The translations under genes were made by a program, and so were the position numbers. Shown in pieces: positions 49,001-58,480 of a stretch of DNA of 64,000 nucleotides. Where the stretch lies: NCBI GenBank assembly GCA_028713005.1, contig JAQTPC010000001.1, forward strand, positions 33,414-97,413. The letters are read 5' to 3'. How positions within the stretch are numbered: position 1 is the first letter of the stretch; every line of letters starts with the position of its first letter. The notes beneath the pieces were generated by a model that was given only the letters and a program-made list of their open reading frames with translations, was not told where the DNA came from and searched no databases. Origin of the DNA: Minisyncoccota bacterium (GTDB lineage: Bacteria > Patescibacteriota > Minisyncoccia > Phycocordibacterales > PALSA-1337).

Positions 49001-49501
49001 ATAACCTGTTATATTTAAGCCGCCCATATGGAATGACAGGTAACCAATATCAGTCGCAGTATTATTGGTAACTGAAACGTGTATATCAATACTTGGACCA
49101 TTTTGCACAAACTGCAGTGATGCGTTTCCTTGGCTATAGTTGAATGTAAGTGTGTTGGTCTGAGAATCAAATACAGTTCCTTGATCTGAACCAAGAGACA
49201 TGCTGCCGCCACTAGTATTTTGTATTTCTCGAATATTGATACATGTATTTTGTCCCGGGTCTTTAAAATCACCTCCATTATATGTGAGACTTGTAAACAT
49301 ATATCCACAACTTACTGGACCAATAGTAAATGATGGACTATTTAGTGCATACGTACTCTGAATATTCGCAAGAAGACTTGTGGTGAACGTGATTGCTATA
49401 AGAATGAATGTAACCCAGTGTGTTACCTCAGACAATGGATGCTCATGCCAAAGTCGATAGAGTGGAAATTTTCTTGATAAGTGTGAGTGTAAAAAGTCCA
49501 T
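46082..49501 (-). CDS. Large exported protein: His/Trp leader, putative GH-like domain, FN3 x2, InlB-B-like repeat, peptidoglycan-binding x2
   Basis: GQGVILWDLEG, YIGDPR, WGVTIFYIDST; LQKYL...TGYYGQLT..AV; C-terminal module shared with the 1853-aa protein. Confidence 0.8.
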   Translation of the reverse strand: MDFLHSHLSRKFPLYRLWHEHPLSEVTHWVTFILIAITFTTSLLANIQSTYALNSPSFTIGPVSCGYMFTSLTYNGGDFKDPGQNTCINIREIQNTSGGSMSLGSDQGTVFDSQTNTLTFNYSQGNASLQFVQNGPSIDIHVSVTNNTATDIGYLSFHMGGLNITGYTGDSLPTSQAGDYPNIWGFNTTFGELFLVNTNKVTGDCGSPTPWCLLSTSIGSVPHGTTVTATNAIKFYPLGTSLLEAVPEVISAWTAQYPMQNFWSDRRPIGTDFLSSPPCPIVNGCASDFSKNMNGWFSNGIDPGSVDVTTPEGRQAWATQMLARIDADIANVKEVNGQGVILWDLEGQRWPHCTSYIGDPRYAEDPRFAPEWDTQVNYVYSSTTNPSANYSSTSMNVIDAAFHKILDNGLRAGITIRPDQIVYDPGDANLGCGGGGLYGIYGVRPSQQYVTDTAARIQLLKDKINYAKSRWGVTIFYIDSTDWIAGTDMIQVHQDIPDVLLMPENTTLLEYTVGIPFKYTRLQGFYGGPGTIGNIGDIYPEAAVAVNSNNEVTPELVDHYWELVNAVRHGSVTLFNSWFNTAEKQYIKMIYASSSVPVVAPTISTPTATGITASDVTFNASVLYTGGSFINQRGFKYGTDTAYASSTDFSGTLDASLNNTDAAVTATINDLSCGTTYHYMFYARNFDGATGSYVQRTASSSDQTFNTTDCVSVVPPTVSVSTIGTITQTGADLNANVDTTGGSSVTELGFRYGATVDYSATSSTSGHFNTGAFSKTLTGLTCGTTYHYQAYAINFSGTGVTSDGTFTTSACSTSGGNPVVYSGGGGGGGGTYYSLTIQTTGTGHGTTTSNPSGILCSSKCTSAFYAGSKITLTAIPDKYSHLTSWSGCASFATSTCTVTLSSSMSVFAKFDAGSANTVIQNISAPVTTTIVPPTTGSIPTAYLNLEFGSRSTAVLTLQKYLIAGGYLSSVYATGYYGQLTANAVAQYRASRSNVSATGSVTTTSSGSALTSYLFLGTTGQQVKTLQKILNAKGYTIATSGNGSVGNESTYFGPSTQVALQKFQCAVLSVCSGSPLTTGYGATGPRTRAALGGTTAPVTQTNTVTPASVPTPTKTPTTATVPVKTTTVKPVVVPSINFNF

Positions 49502-49514
49502 ATGAGTATATTAC

Positions 49515-50381
49515 TTATCGTGTCGTCACGGTCACCATACGTGAATTTGAGGCAGTTACTACGCATGATTTTCCTGACATACTTTCACATCCTTTCCAAA
49601 TTAAAATACTTTGTGCATCATCCTGAGTGGCAGTCAATATAACTTTGGTGCCGAACGTAAACTTATGCGAACAAATTGCTCCACAAGAAATACCGGTTGG
49701 ATTTGAATTGATTTCAATATTTTCTTTGGTAAACACAAAAATTGGGTACGTAACATATTCCGTTTCCTTACTTCCAGATGGAACCACTAAACCGTCGTTA
49801 AGTGAAATAATTTTAGGTAAAACTTTTGGTACCACATCATCAATCTTAGCAATTATTTTATCTTCTGTCTTTGTAGTTGAAGCAACGTCAGGATTAATGG
49901 CTACATTTTCAGTAGTAACTGAACTTGATGATGCTGTATGTTCAGAAGTGATACCGCCGATGATTGGTGATGGCACTGGAGTTTCCGTGCTTGATGTATT
50001 TGTATCAGTAGTAGTTGCGACACTATCTGTACTCGTAGCAGCTGGTACAACAACAGAAACTGCTGTGTCTGTTGTATTTGTTTGAGTCGAGCTCGCTTGA
50101 TCTATTGTTTCAGCAGGGACAGCTACAGTACTCGTACTTTCAGTATTTATTAGTGGACTATTATCAGTAGTTTGCTCCGTCACTATTGTGTTGTCCTCTG
50201 TAGTAGAAGCATTTCCATCAACTGTTTGTGCATAGCTATTTACTGCAAATAATAGATTTGCCGTAAGTACACAACTGATTGCCATAAATGAAACCCAGTG
50301 GGTGGTTCCGGCAAGTGGATGCTTATGCCAACTATAATATGCTGGAACAGTGCGAGATAGGAAGTCGTGGAGACTTTTCAT
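49515..50381 (-). CDS. Exported protein: His/Trp leader, S/T-rich linker, Cys-containing InlB-B-like repeat
   Basis: MKSLHDFLSRTVPAYYSWHKHP...HW; SNPTGISCGAICSHKF..GTKVILTAT..WKGC. Confidence 0.75.
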   Translation of the reverse strand: MKSLHDFLSRTVPAYYSWHKHPLAGTTHWVSFMAISCVLTANLLFAVNSYAQTVDGNASTTEDNTIVTEQTTDNSPLINTESTSTVAVPAETIDQASSTQTNTTDTAVSVVVPAATSTDSVATTTDTNTSSTETPVPSPIIGGITSEHTASSSSVTTENVAINPDVASTTKTEDKIIAKIDDVVPKVLPKIISLNDGLVVPSGSKETEYVTYPIFVFTKENIEINSNPTGISCGAICSHKFTFGTKVILTATQDDAQSILIWKGCESMSGKSCVVTASNSRMVTVTTR

Positions 50382-50421
50382 AAGCAACATAGTAACACGA
50401 AATGAAACTAATGCCTATAAT

Positions 50422-53391
50422 TTACTTTTTACCTCCTCCACGAATATTGAACTTAATTGAAGCGGTTTTTGCAGCAGAGATATTGCCTGCAGCATCTTTT
50501 GCCCATGCGTAAAGTGTTCGTGATCCTGTGGTCATTTTGAATGTATACGATGTAAGTGGTGCAGTTTTCCATGAAGCACTCGTCACTGATGGAATAGTTG
50601 ATGATTCACTTACAAGATAACCTGTAACTCCAACATTATCAGTTGCACTATATGCAGTGATTGGTACAGTTGCTGTTATTGATGTTGAAGGAATAGTAAA
50701 TACTGTAACGACTGGTGAAGTAGTATCCCCTCCCGTTGTAGTATTTTGAGTGAACGATGCAGTGACAGTGATATCTCTAGATACATTGTTATCTGTGCGA
50801 GGATTTGCAGTTATTCCGTCTGACCAGCTTACGAAATGGAATCCACTATTTGCAACCGCAGTTACCGAAGAACCATTTGCCCCTGCTGTGACACTTTGTG
50901 GTGATGTGCCTGTAATAGAGCCGTCAGGTCCAGCAGTGTAAGTGAGAATATATGTAGTTGGTGCAACAACAATATTTATGACAACAGTTGCACTCTTGCT
51001 TGCAGATATATTTCCTGCAGCATCCATGACCCATGCATACAATGTCTTTGATCCCGAACTACCAAATGTATATGATGTTGGAACTGAACCTGACCATGCA
51101 GTATCACCCAAGGAAGGTACCGTTGATGTTTCTTTGATAAGGTATGCGGCAACGCCAACATTATCAACAGCAGTGAATGTAACCGGAACAGTGAGGCTCG
51201 CTGATGTAGAAGGAATAGCGAATGAAGTAATAGACGGACCTGTCGTATCAGAAGAGGGTGGAGGATTCGTTGTACCGCAACCAGTTCCTGTTGTCGTGAA
51301 TGTTTGATCAGCACCATATCCTGTGAGTTCGGTATGCAGACCGGTTCCTCCTGAAAAATTCTTTGCGAAGGCACGATAGTGGTACGTAGTTCCACAGGTA
51401 AGACCCGTAACACTTAGATTGAAATTTGCATCTATATTGTTTAGGTTCACATCAAACGCTCCGTCTGCCTTAACAGAAGAGCCGTATGAGGTCGTTGGAC
51501 CATATTCAAATCCACGAGTAATCACATATGTACCGCCTGTTGCACTAACTATACCGTTCAACGTTGCATTTGTATCACCTACAGCACTTGCTCCCGTTGA
51601 TACTGTGGGTGCTACGACCGGAAGCGCAGCTGCTGCATATACCATCTTTATATATGGCTTTTCAGATCCGTTATACCACGAGTTAAACAAACTTAAACTA
51701 CCATTTCTAATTGCATCTACAAGCTCCCAGTAATGGTTAACAAATTCATTCTGTTCATTATTTGCATTAAGTGCTGCTCCTGCACGTGGATATATATCAC
51801 CGATATTACCTATCTTTCCTGGTCCACCATAGAACCCTTGTTTATTTGTATATTTGAATGGCAAACCAACTGAATACTCGAGCAAAGTTGTATTTTCAGG
51901 AATGAGAAGTACATCTGGGATGTCTTTGTGCAACTTAATCATATCAGTACCAGCAATCCAATCAGTACTGTCAATATAGAAGATGGTGACACCCCAACGA
52001 TTCTTTGCAAAATTGATCTTATCCTCAAGCAACTTTATACGAGCATTCGTATCGGTAAGATATTTTTGACTTGGACGAATGCCAAATATGCCATATGTTC
52101 CTCCTCCACCACAACCGAGATCAGCGTTATTTGGATCATACGTTATCTCATCTGGACGAATGGTAATACCGGACTTGAGTCCATTATCTCGAATCTTGTG
52201 AAAGACAACATCGATAACATTCATTGAAGAACTTGAGAAACCACTACCAGGATCGGAGTAAGCTATCTTTGTATCCCACTCAGGCGCAAAACGAGGGTCT
52301 TCTGCATAGCGAGGGTCGCCAATATATGACGTACAGTGTGGCCAGCGTTGACCTTCGAGATCCCACAAGATGACACCTTGACCATTAACTTCTTTAACAT
52401 TTGCTATGTCTGCATCAATACGAGCGAGCATCTGTGTAGCCCACGCTTGTCTACCAGCAGAAGTTGTCACATCAACATTTCCTGGATCAGAACCATTTGA
52501 GAACCAGCCGTTCATATTTTTTGAAAAATCAACAGAACAACCGTAAATAGGACATGGTGGTGAAGAAAGGAAGTCAGTTCCGATAGGTCGACGATCTGAC
52601 CAAAAATTTTGCATCGGATACTGTGCTTTCCATGCAGCTATGACTTCAGGAACAGCTTCGAGTAGACTAGTTCCGAGTGGATAAAACTTAATAGCATTTG
52701 TAGCAGTAACAGTTGTGCCGTGAGGTATGTTACTGATCGAAGTTGACATCAAGCACCATGGCGATGGATTACCACAATCACCGGTGACTTTATTTGTATT
52801 AACAAAGAAAATTTCACCGTAGGTTGTGTTTACACCCCAAATATTAGGATAATCTCCTCCCTGACTCATTGGCAACGAATCTCCCGTATAACCAGTTATA
52901 TTGAGACCTCCTACATGGAAAGCGAGATAACCAATATCAGCAGACGTATTGTTTGTAACTGAAAGGCGCATATCTACACTTGGACCATTTTGGATGAACT
53001 GTATTGACGCACTACCTTGACTAAACTTCAAGGTCACCGTATTGCTTTGAGGGTCAAATAAAGTACCCTGATCTGCACCGAGAGATATTCTGTTTCCATT
53101 TGTATCTTGTATTTCTCGTATATTGATACACTGGTTTTGTGCCGGATCAGCAAAACTTGCTCCGTTGTACGATAGAGCAGTAAGCGCATAACCACAACCA
53201 ACCTGACTAACAGTAAATGATGATGGCGTGTATCCTGCAAACGATTTTTGAATGTTAGCAAGAAGACCCGTGGTGACAGAGAGAGATATGAGTATAAAAG
53301 CAAACCAATGTGTTGCCTCAGACAATGAATGCTCGTGCCACAAGCGATATAGAGGAACTTCCTTACATAGCTTGGCGTGAATTTTTCTCAT
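50422..53391 (-). CDS. Large exported protein: His/Trp leader, putative GH-like domain, FN3, Ig-like x2, InlB-B-like repeat
   Basis: N-terminal ~590 aa paralogous to 46082-49501; DNVGV..YL...TLYAW..DAAGNIS repeats; HFVSWSDG.TANPRTD. Confidence 0.8.
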   Translation of the reverse strand: MRKIHAKLCKEVPLYRLWHEHSLSEATHWFAFILISLSVTTGLLANIQKSFAGYTPSSFTVSQVGCGYALTALSYNGASFADPAQNQCINIREIQDTNGNRISLGADQGTLFDPQSNTVTLKFSQGSASIQFIQNGPSVDMRLSVTNNTSADIGYLAFHVGGLNITGYTGDSLPMSQGGDYPNIWGVNTTYGEIFFVNTNKVTGDCGNPSPWCLMSTSISNIPHGTTVTATNAIKFYPLGTSLLEAVPEVIAAWKAQYPMQNFWSDRRPIGTDFLSSPPCPIYGCSVDFSKNMNGWFSNGSDPGNVDVTTSAGRQAWATQMLARIDADIANVKEVNGQGVILWDLEGQRWPHCTSYIGDPRYAEDPRFAPEWDTKIAYSDPGSGFSSSSMNVIDVVFHKIRDNGLKSGITIRPDEITYDPNNADLGCGGGGTYGIFGIRPSQKYLTDTNARIKLLEDKINFAKNRWGVTIFYIDSTDWIAGTDMIKLHKDIPDVLLIPENTTLLEYSVGLPFKYTNKQGFYGGPGKIGNIGDIYPRAGAALNANNEQNEFVNHYWELVDAIRNGSLSLFNSWYNGSEKPYIKMVYAAAALPVVAPTVSTGASAVGDTNATLNGIVSATGGTYVITRGFEYGPTTSYGSSVKADGAFDVNLNNIDANFNLSVTGLTCGTTYHYRAFAKNFSGGTGLHTELTGYGADQTFTTTGTGCGTTNPPPSSDTTGPSITSFAIPSTSASLTVPVTFTAVDNVGVAAYLIKETSTVPSLGDTAWSGSVPTSYTFGSSGSKTLYAWVMDAAGNISASKSATVVINIVVAPTTYILTYTAGPDGSITGTSPQSVTAGANGSSVTAVANSGFHFVSWSDGITANPRTDNNVSRDITVTASFTQNTTTGGDTTSPVVTVFTIPSTSITATVPITAYSATDNVGVTGYLVSESSTIPSVTSASWKTAPLTSYTFKMTTGSRTLYAWAKDAAGNISAAKTASIKFNIRGGGKK

Positions 53392-53482
53392 GAAATTGGA
53401 TAGATTATATTAATTGATAATATAATACCTCATTTTATGTAAATGCACCGTGGATAACTCTATTCAACAATGCGGTTTTTCG

Positions 53483-54394
53483 CTAAATTCCCTCCTTTTT
53501 GAGCTCTTCGATTGCTTTTTGTGCTGTCTTTGAAAGCTTTCTCGGCATTTCTACGTGAGTGACGAGGAGGATATCGCCACGACGTCCGTCGATACCGCGT
53601 TCAGTCATCGGTACACCTTTACCTTTGATGCGGAGGATCTCTCCGTGTGAAGTGCCCTGAGGAACTTTGAGTTCTATCTTTCCATCTAATGTATCTATTT
53701 CGATAGCGCCACCAAGAAGTGCTGTTGAAAGTTTGAGTGAAAGATCCATGATGAGGTTAAATCCTTCTTTACGAAATATCGAGCCCTCTTCAACCCAGAC
53801 ACGGGCGATGAGGTCACCCCGACCAGCCTCACCGTCCTCACCGCGGCCTGATATGCGCAAGCCCTGACCATTTTCCATTCCTGCAGGGATTTTGACTGAA
53901 AATTTTTCCTTACCCGTCGAGATCTCACGTTCTACACCAAAGATTGATTCTTTAAAAGTGACTTGTAAATCAATTGTTATATTCTTGCCTTTGCGTGCAC
54001 GACGTCCGCCACCAAAAAATTCACCAAATATGTCACCGAGGTCAAACTCCACATGTTGACCATTGAAATTGCCACCGAAGCCTCCTTGCTGAAATTGTGA
54101 AAAATCAAAACCGCCGAAACCTCCTTGTCCGCCCCCAAAACCACCAGCACCTGGATTGAAACCGCCACCGCCCATATTTGCACCCGCTGCACCAAAGCGG
54201 TCATAGTTGACGCGCTTGTTTACATCGGACAATGTTGAATACGCCTCACTGGCTTCTTTGAATTTCTTTTCAGCGTCAGCGTTGCCCTTGTTCTTGTCAG
54301 GATGATGTTCATGTGCGAGTTTACGGAACGCCTTCTTGATGTCGTCTTGTGAGGCGGTTTTTTCGACTCCGAGGATTTTGTAGTAGTCTTTCAT
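53483..54394 (-). CDS. dnaJ: DnaJ chaperone, class B type (J, G/F and C-terminal domains, no Zn finger)
   Basis: [14 protein letters not shown] tract; no CxxCxGxG; follows dnaK. Confidence 0.9.
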   Translation of the reverse strand: MKDYYKILGVEKTASQDDIKKAFRKLAHEHHPDKNKGNADAEKKFKEASEAYSTLSDVNKRVNYDRFGAAGANMGGGGFNPGAGGFGGGQGGFGGFDFSQFQQGGFGGNFNGQHVEFDLGDIFGEFFGGGRRARKGKNITIDLQVTFKESIFGVEREISTGKEKFSVKIPAGMENGQGLRISGRGEDGEAGRGDLIARVWVEEGSIFRKEGFNLIMDLSLKLSTALLGGAIEIDTLDGKIELKVPQGTSHGEILRIKGKGVPMTERGIDGRRGDILLVTHVEMPRKLSKTAQKAIEELKKEGI

Positions 54395-54481
54395 GGTTTT
54401 GATTTAATATGAGGAATAGACCCTCGTGTATTCCCCCAAGAAATCTTAGGGGAATTTTACGAAGATCCTTCTGTAATTTTA

Positions 54482-56422
54482 CTACTTCTTCTCCTTAAAC
54501 TCCGCATCCTTTACATCCCCTTCAGGAGCTTTTCCGTCAGCGCCGCCAGTTGAACCAGCTGTACCTTGCGCGCCAGCTTGACCAGCACTCGCAGTAGCAT
54601 TCGCTTTTGCAAGAATCTCACCAATCTTTGAAATCTCACTTGAGAGAGCCTCTGACGCACTCTTGATAGCAGCCACATCAGCTGGCTGTGCCTCCTTTGC
54701 CGTCTTCAAAGTTTTAATTTTTTCTTCAATCGAAGCAGTGACATCTGCAGGAATCTTTTCCTTATTTTCTTTAAGAGCCTTCTCAGACGTATAGATCATC
54801 TGCTCAGCCACATTGCGGACTTCAACTTCTTCTTGCTTCTTCTTATCATCTGCTTCATGAGCAGCGGCCTCCTGTTTCATCTTTTCAACTTCTTCTTTTG
54901 AGAGACCTGACGATGCAGTGATCTTGATACTATTCACCTTACCTGTCGTTTTGTCCTTTGCACTGACATTCAAGATACCGTTGGCATCGAGGTCAAATGA
55001 CACTTCGATCTGTGGCACGCCACGTGGTGATGGAGCGATACCATCGAGAATGAAGCGGCCGAGAGATTTGTTGTCTGCCGCCATAGCGCGCTCACCTTGC
55101 GTGATATGAATCTCTACAGATGGCTGATTGTCAGTTGCTGTTGAGAATACCTGCGAACGTTGTGTAGGGATGGTTGTATTCTTTTCGATGACCTTTGTAG
55201 CAACGCCACCCATCGTTTCAATACCGAGTGAGAGTGGAGTAACATCGAGCAAGAGCACGTCTTTGACATCACCACCGAGGATACCGCCTTGGATGGCAGC
55301 ACCGATAGCCACGACTTCATCGGGATTTACACTCATGTTTGGTTCACGACCAAAGAGAGCTTTAACAGCATTCTGGAGAGCGGGCATGCGTGTCTGACCA
55401 CCAACGAGGATAACCTCATTGATCTCACTGACTTTGAATGGTGAAGCAGCGATAGCGCGCTTACTGATCTCGATAGCACGATCAACGAACTCCTGTGTGA
55501 GCTGTTCGAGCTGTGCACGAGTGAGCGTTACGAGGAGATGCTTTGGTCCATCAGCACCAGAAGTGATGAAAGGAATATTGATCTCTGTTGAAACTGCTGT
55601 TGAAAGCTCGATCTTTGCTTTTTCCGCAGCTTCATCCAAACGCTGGAGTGAGAGCGAGTCTTTGCGGAGATCAATACCGTTTTCTTTTGCAAAGGTGTCT
55701 GCAAGCCAACCAACAATCTTTGAGTCGATATCGCGACCGCCGAGGTGAGAGTCACCGTCAGTAGATTTTACTTCGATTGATCCTTCACCTTCATCACTGG
55801 TACCGACTTCGAGAATAGAGATATCGAATGTACCTCCACCAAAGTCAAAGACTGCGATCTTTTCATTTTTCTTTTTGTTAAATCCGTAAGCGAGAGCGGC
55901 CGCTGTTGGTTCATTGATGATACGTTTTACATCCAAGCCAGCGATCTGACCTGCATCCTTTGTAGCTTGGCGCTGTGAGTCGTTGAAGTATGCAGGAACC
56001 GTGATGACTGCTTCAGTGATCTTTTCACCGAGACGTGCTTCTGCGTCATTCTTGATCTTGGTGAGGATCATGGCTGAGACCTCTTCTGGGCGCATCCACT
56101 TGCCCGCCATGTTGACCTCGACGCCACCGTTGGCTGACTTGCGAGTTTCAAATGGTACGTTCTTGGTATCCTTTTGAACGCCATCTTCATCGAATGTATG
56201 GCCAATGAAGCGCTTGATCTGGAAGATCGTATTTTTTGGGTTCGTGACCGCCTGGCGCTTTGCCAAGAGACCGACGAGACGTTCACCTGTTTTTGATTGG
56301 GCGACAATCGAAGGTGTTGTACGCGCACCTTCTGCGTTTTCGAGGACCTTTGGTGAGCCAGCTTCCATGACGGCGACAGCTGAGAATGTGGTACCAAGGT
56401 CAATTCCTATTATCTTACTCAT
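54482..56422 (-). CDS. dnaK: Molecular chaperone DnaK
   Basis: [52 protein letters not shown]. Confidence 0.99.
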   Translation of the reverse strand: MSKIIGIDLGTTFSAVAVMEAGSPKVLENAEGARTTPSIVAQSKTGERLVGLLAKRQAVTNPKNTIFQIKRFIGHTFDEDGVQKDTKNVPFETRKSANGGVEVNMAGKWMRPEEVSAMILTKIKNDAEARLGEKITEAVITVPAYFNDSQRQATKDAGQIAGLDVKRIINEPTAAALAYGFNKKKNEKIAVFDFGGGTFDISILEVGTSDEGEGSIEVKSTDGDSHLGGRDIDSKIVGWLADTFAKENGIDLRKDSLSLQRLDEAAEKAKIELSTAVSTEINIPFITSGADGPKHLLVTLTRAQLEQLTQEFVDRAIEISKRAIAASPFKVSEINEVILVGGQTRMPALQNAVKALFGREPNMSVNPDEVVAIGAAIQGGILGGDVKDVLLLDVTPLSLGIETMGGVATKVIEKNTTIPTQRSQVFSTATDNQPSVEIHITQGERAMAADNKSLGRFILDGIAPSPRGVPQIEVSFDLDANGILNVSAKDKTTGKVNSIKITASSGLSKEEVEKMKQEAAAHEADDKKKQEEVEVRNVAEQMIYTSEKALKENKEKIPADVTASIEEKIKTLKTAKEAQPADVAAIKSASEALSSEISKIGEILAKANATASAGQAGAQGTAGSTGGADGKAPEGDVKDAEFKEKK

Positions 56423-56538
56423 AGTGGTTTATTTAAGTTAGTTATTAAGTGACACGAATCTACTAATAATTACAATGTTTTTAGGGTTATTTTAGGGTAC
56501 TTGACAATTAGGCAATTAATATGCTAAAATGGTAGTAG

Positions 56539-56787
56539 ATGAAAAAATACCATGTTTACTGTAGCGGTATTTTTGGGGATAAGGATGAACAGAAGCATTT
56601 CTCAGGTTTCTTGTTCAGCCTGCCTCTCACCAACTTTGGTGAGATTGAAGCAGCAGAGAAGGTAATTGCAGAAGTTGAAAAGTTTGAACTACAGACATCA
56701 ATCCATGATGTCCGTATCTTGAGCTTTTCAAGTATACCCTTCAAGGGTAAGATGCTAAAACCAACATTTGTGCTTCATCAAAGATAA
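56539..56787 (+). CDS. Small hypothetical protein, divergent from dnaK
   Basis: Promoter TTGACA(56501)-18-TAAAAT; terminator GGCGTCCAAC/GTTGGCGCC at about 56805-56833. Confidence 0.6.
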   Translation: MKKYHVYCSGIFGDKDEQKHFSGFLFSLPLTNFGEIEAAEKVIAEVEKFELQTSIHDVRILSFSSIPFKGKMLKPTFVLHQR

Positions 56788-56883
56788 CTGAAAGACGGAT
56801 TCAGGGCGTCCAACTTAAATGTTGGCGCCTTTTCTTTTACCCGACTTTCATATCACATACCTAATTGTTAAAGAACCACGAAA

Positions 56884-56965
56884 CAATGACGCAATAACCA
56901 AGATACAATAACCAAAAAATCGCAGTGTGCTAATTTGGTAATTGGTTTTTGATTATTGGTTATTT
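56884..56965. repeat. AATAACC-heptamer inverted repeat
   Basis: CAATAACCAAGATACAATAACCAA ... TTGGTAATTGGTTTTTGATTATTGGTTATT; related copies inside pyrD and rpe. Confidence 0.75.
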
Positions 56966-57298
56966 TGAACTCGGTGCTCTCGTAGGTTGACTAGTAAAGA
57001 AAAGAAGTGAAGTAAATGGAGAAACTTCAGGAGTAAAATCAAAAACGTATGCAGTGTCAGCTGAAACTTTTGCAAATGAACCTTCTATGAGAAAAACTCC
57101 TACCTTACCAACTGATCCCTTATTTGAATATCCTGATGCGAGCTTTGGAGTTGGGGCCGAGATAACCTGGGCACTAATAACTTTCGCCTTCACTTCCCCA
57201 TTGACGAGAGTAACCAAAAACACAACACGATACTGCTCACCAGTCTGTGAGGTTATGATTCTTTCTATGAATTTTGAGGGATTTAGTGGCTTTAACAT
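56960..57298 (-). CDS. 112-aa protein with C-terminal QPTRAP motif (possible arrest peptide)
   Basis: Own promoter TTGACT-16-TATAAT (57327-57354); co-oriented with and between grpE and dnaK. Confidence 0.7.
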   Translation of the reverse strand: MLKPLNPSKFIERIITSQTGEQYRVVFLVTLVNGEVKAKVISAQVISAPTPKLASGYSNKGSVGKVGVFLIEGSFAKVSADTAYVFDFTPEVSPFTSLLFFTSQPTRAPSSK

Positions 57299-57417
57299 AG
57301 AAATATATCCAAACTATTGGATTCTTATTATAGCAACACGAAGCCTCCAGTCAAGATATTCCTTTTGACAAAACACTCAAAACAATGTAATTTATGGATA
57401 AAGAAAGGATCTTTATC

Positions 57418-57825
57418 ATGAAAGAAATAGAATATTTCAGAATCCCTTTTGCACGGAACATGCTCAACGAATCGGACGTCAGGCAAATACTCATCACAAC
57501 ACCCAAGCTGAAGATCACGGAGGAAGAAGTGGACTCGCGAATATGTCCAATCGAGTTTGTGCCAGTAGAAGCTTTTAAAAAACACCCGACTATCATCGCC
57601 AAATCAAACATGGGTGGACTCGTCGAATTTAAGCTCGAAGGCAAACGCAAAGTCGAGATCCGTAAATTCTTTCAGACAGGCACAGTTGTAGCGATCTATG
57701 TCGTTGTTCCTGGAACCGAACGCAAAAAGCGGACTGAACCAAAAACGAAAGGCTCGGCAGCATATCAGTCCATTCTCGCTGAAATACAGGCCGCAGGCAA
57801 AGATGGCACGCTCACTCAACTGTAA
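57418..57825 (+). CDS. Hypothetical protein (orphan)
   Basis: Promoter TTGACA(57365)-17-TAATTT, SD GAAAGGA, terminator at about 57840-57870. Confidence 0.65.
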   Translation: MKEIEYFRIPFARNMLNESDVRQILITTPKLKITEEEVDSRICPIEFVPVEAFKKHPTIIAKSNMGGLVEFKLEGKRKVEIRKFFQTGTVVAIYVVVPGTERKKRTEPKTKGSAAYQSILAEIQAAGKDGTLTQL

Positions 57826-57916
57826 AAAATCGCTTCACGAAACCGTTTCGCACTAGAAGCGGTTTTCTTTTATATGATTGCCACACGCATAATAGTATGT
57901 TTATATACATCCAGAT

Positions 57917-58435
57917 ATGAATACTCCTTCTCACACGAGCATTGATCCAGAACATGAGTGGTCGCTTAAAAAGCGATTGAATCTCATTGAAAAGATAGCG
58001 GCAGGCATGGTCGACAAACGATATTTCACCATACCCAAAGCGGCGCGAAAAGCACTGATAGATATCTCGGATATCGCGACTCAGCCTGCAGCTGAATTAG
58101 CAGCTCAGGCGCAAAAGATCCTCAGTCGCGAATATACGAATTTCGGTATCTTGTCTTTTCTCAAGGCAGGACAACAGCGCTTCATCATGAGCACGACGCA
58201 TCCGCTGCAGCTCATTGATGGGTCAGAGCTGCAGCTTGAACGTGCGGTTTGGTGCAGCCTTGTGCCAGGCACTCACAAGTTCGAACGGATTCAGAACCCA
58301 TGGCCGCGAACTGATTCCGACTTCCTGGTTCTCAGGGGCACTCAGATCGGTCTCGCTGAATCCTATTTGGAACATCTTTCAGAAGAGCAGTTCAACGGCC
58401 AACAAATCACCTTCACAGAAGATACTGAAGCGTGA
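57917..58435 (+). CDS. Hypothetical protein (orphan)
   Basis: 172-aa ORF; bidirectional terminator AAAACCGC/GCGGTTTT at about 58452-58480. Confidence 0.65.
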   Translation: MNTPSHTSIDPEHEWSLKKRLNLIEKIAAGMVDKRYFTIPKAARKALIDISDIATQPAAELAAQAQKILSREYTNFGILSFLKAGQQRFIMSTTHPLQLIDGSELQLERAVWCSLVPGTHKFERIQNPWPRTDSDFLVLRGTQIGLAESYLEHLSEEQFNGQQITFTEDTEA

Positions 58436-58480
58436 ACTGTGCCCTCATTCAAAAAACCGCCCATATGGAGCGGTTTTCTT

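Noticed and set aside
40463-53391. Diversity-generating retroelement acting on the surface proteins
   Set aside because: No reverse transcriptase and no template/variable repeat pair with adenine-specific differences; paralog differences look mostly synonymous.
40440-53457. Replication origin from DnaA-like boxes (TGTGCATAA 40440, GTGGATAA about 53450, also 13407)
   Set aside because: Single scattered boxes, no cluster, no dnaA/dnaN.
56480-56497. TTAGGG tandem upstream of dnaK (telomere-like or alternative promoter)
   Set aside because: Only two copies; compatible with chance.
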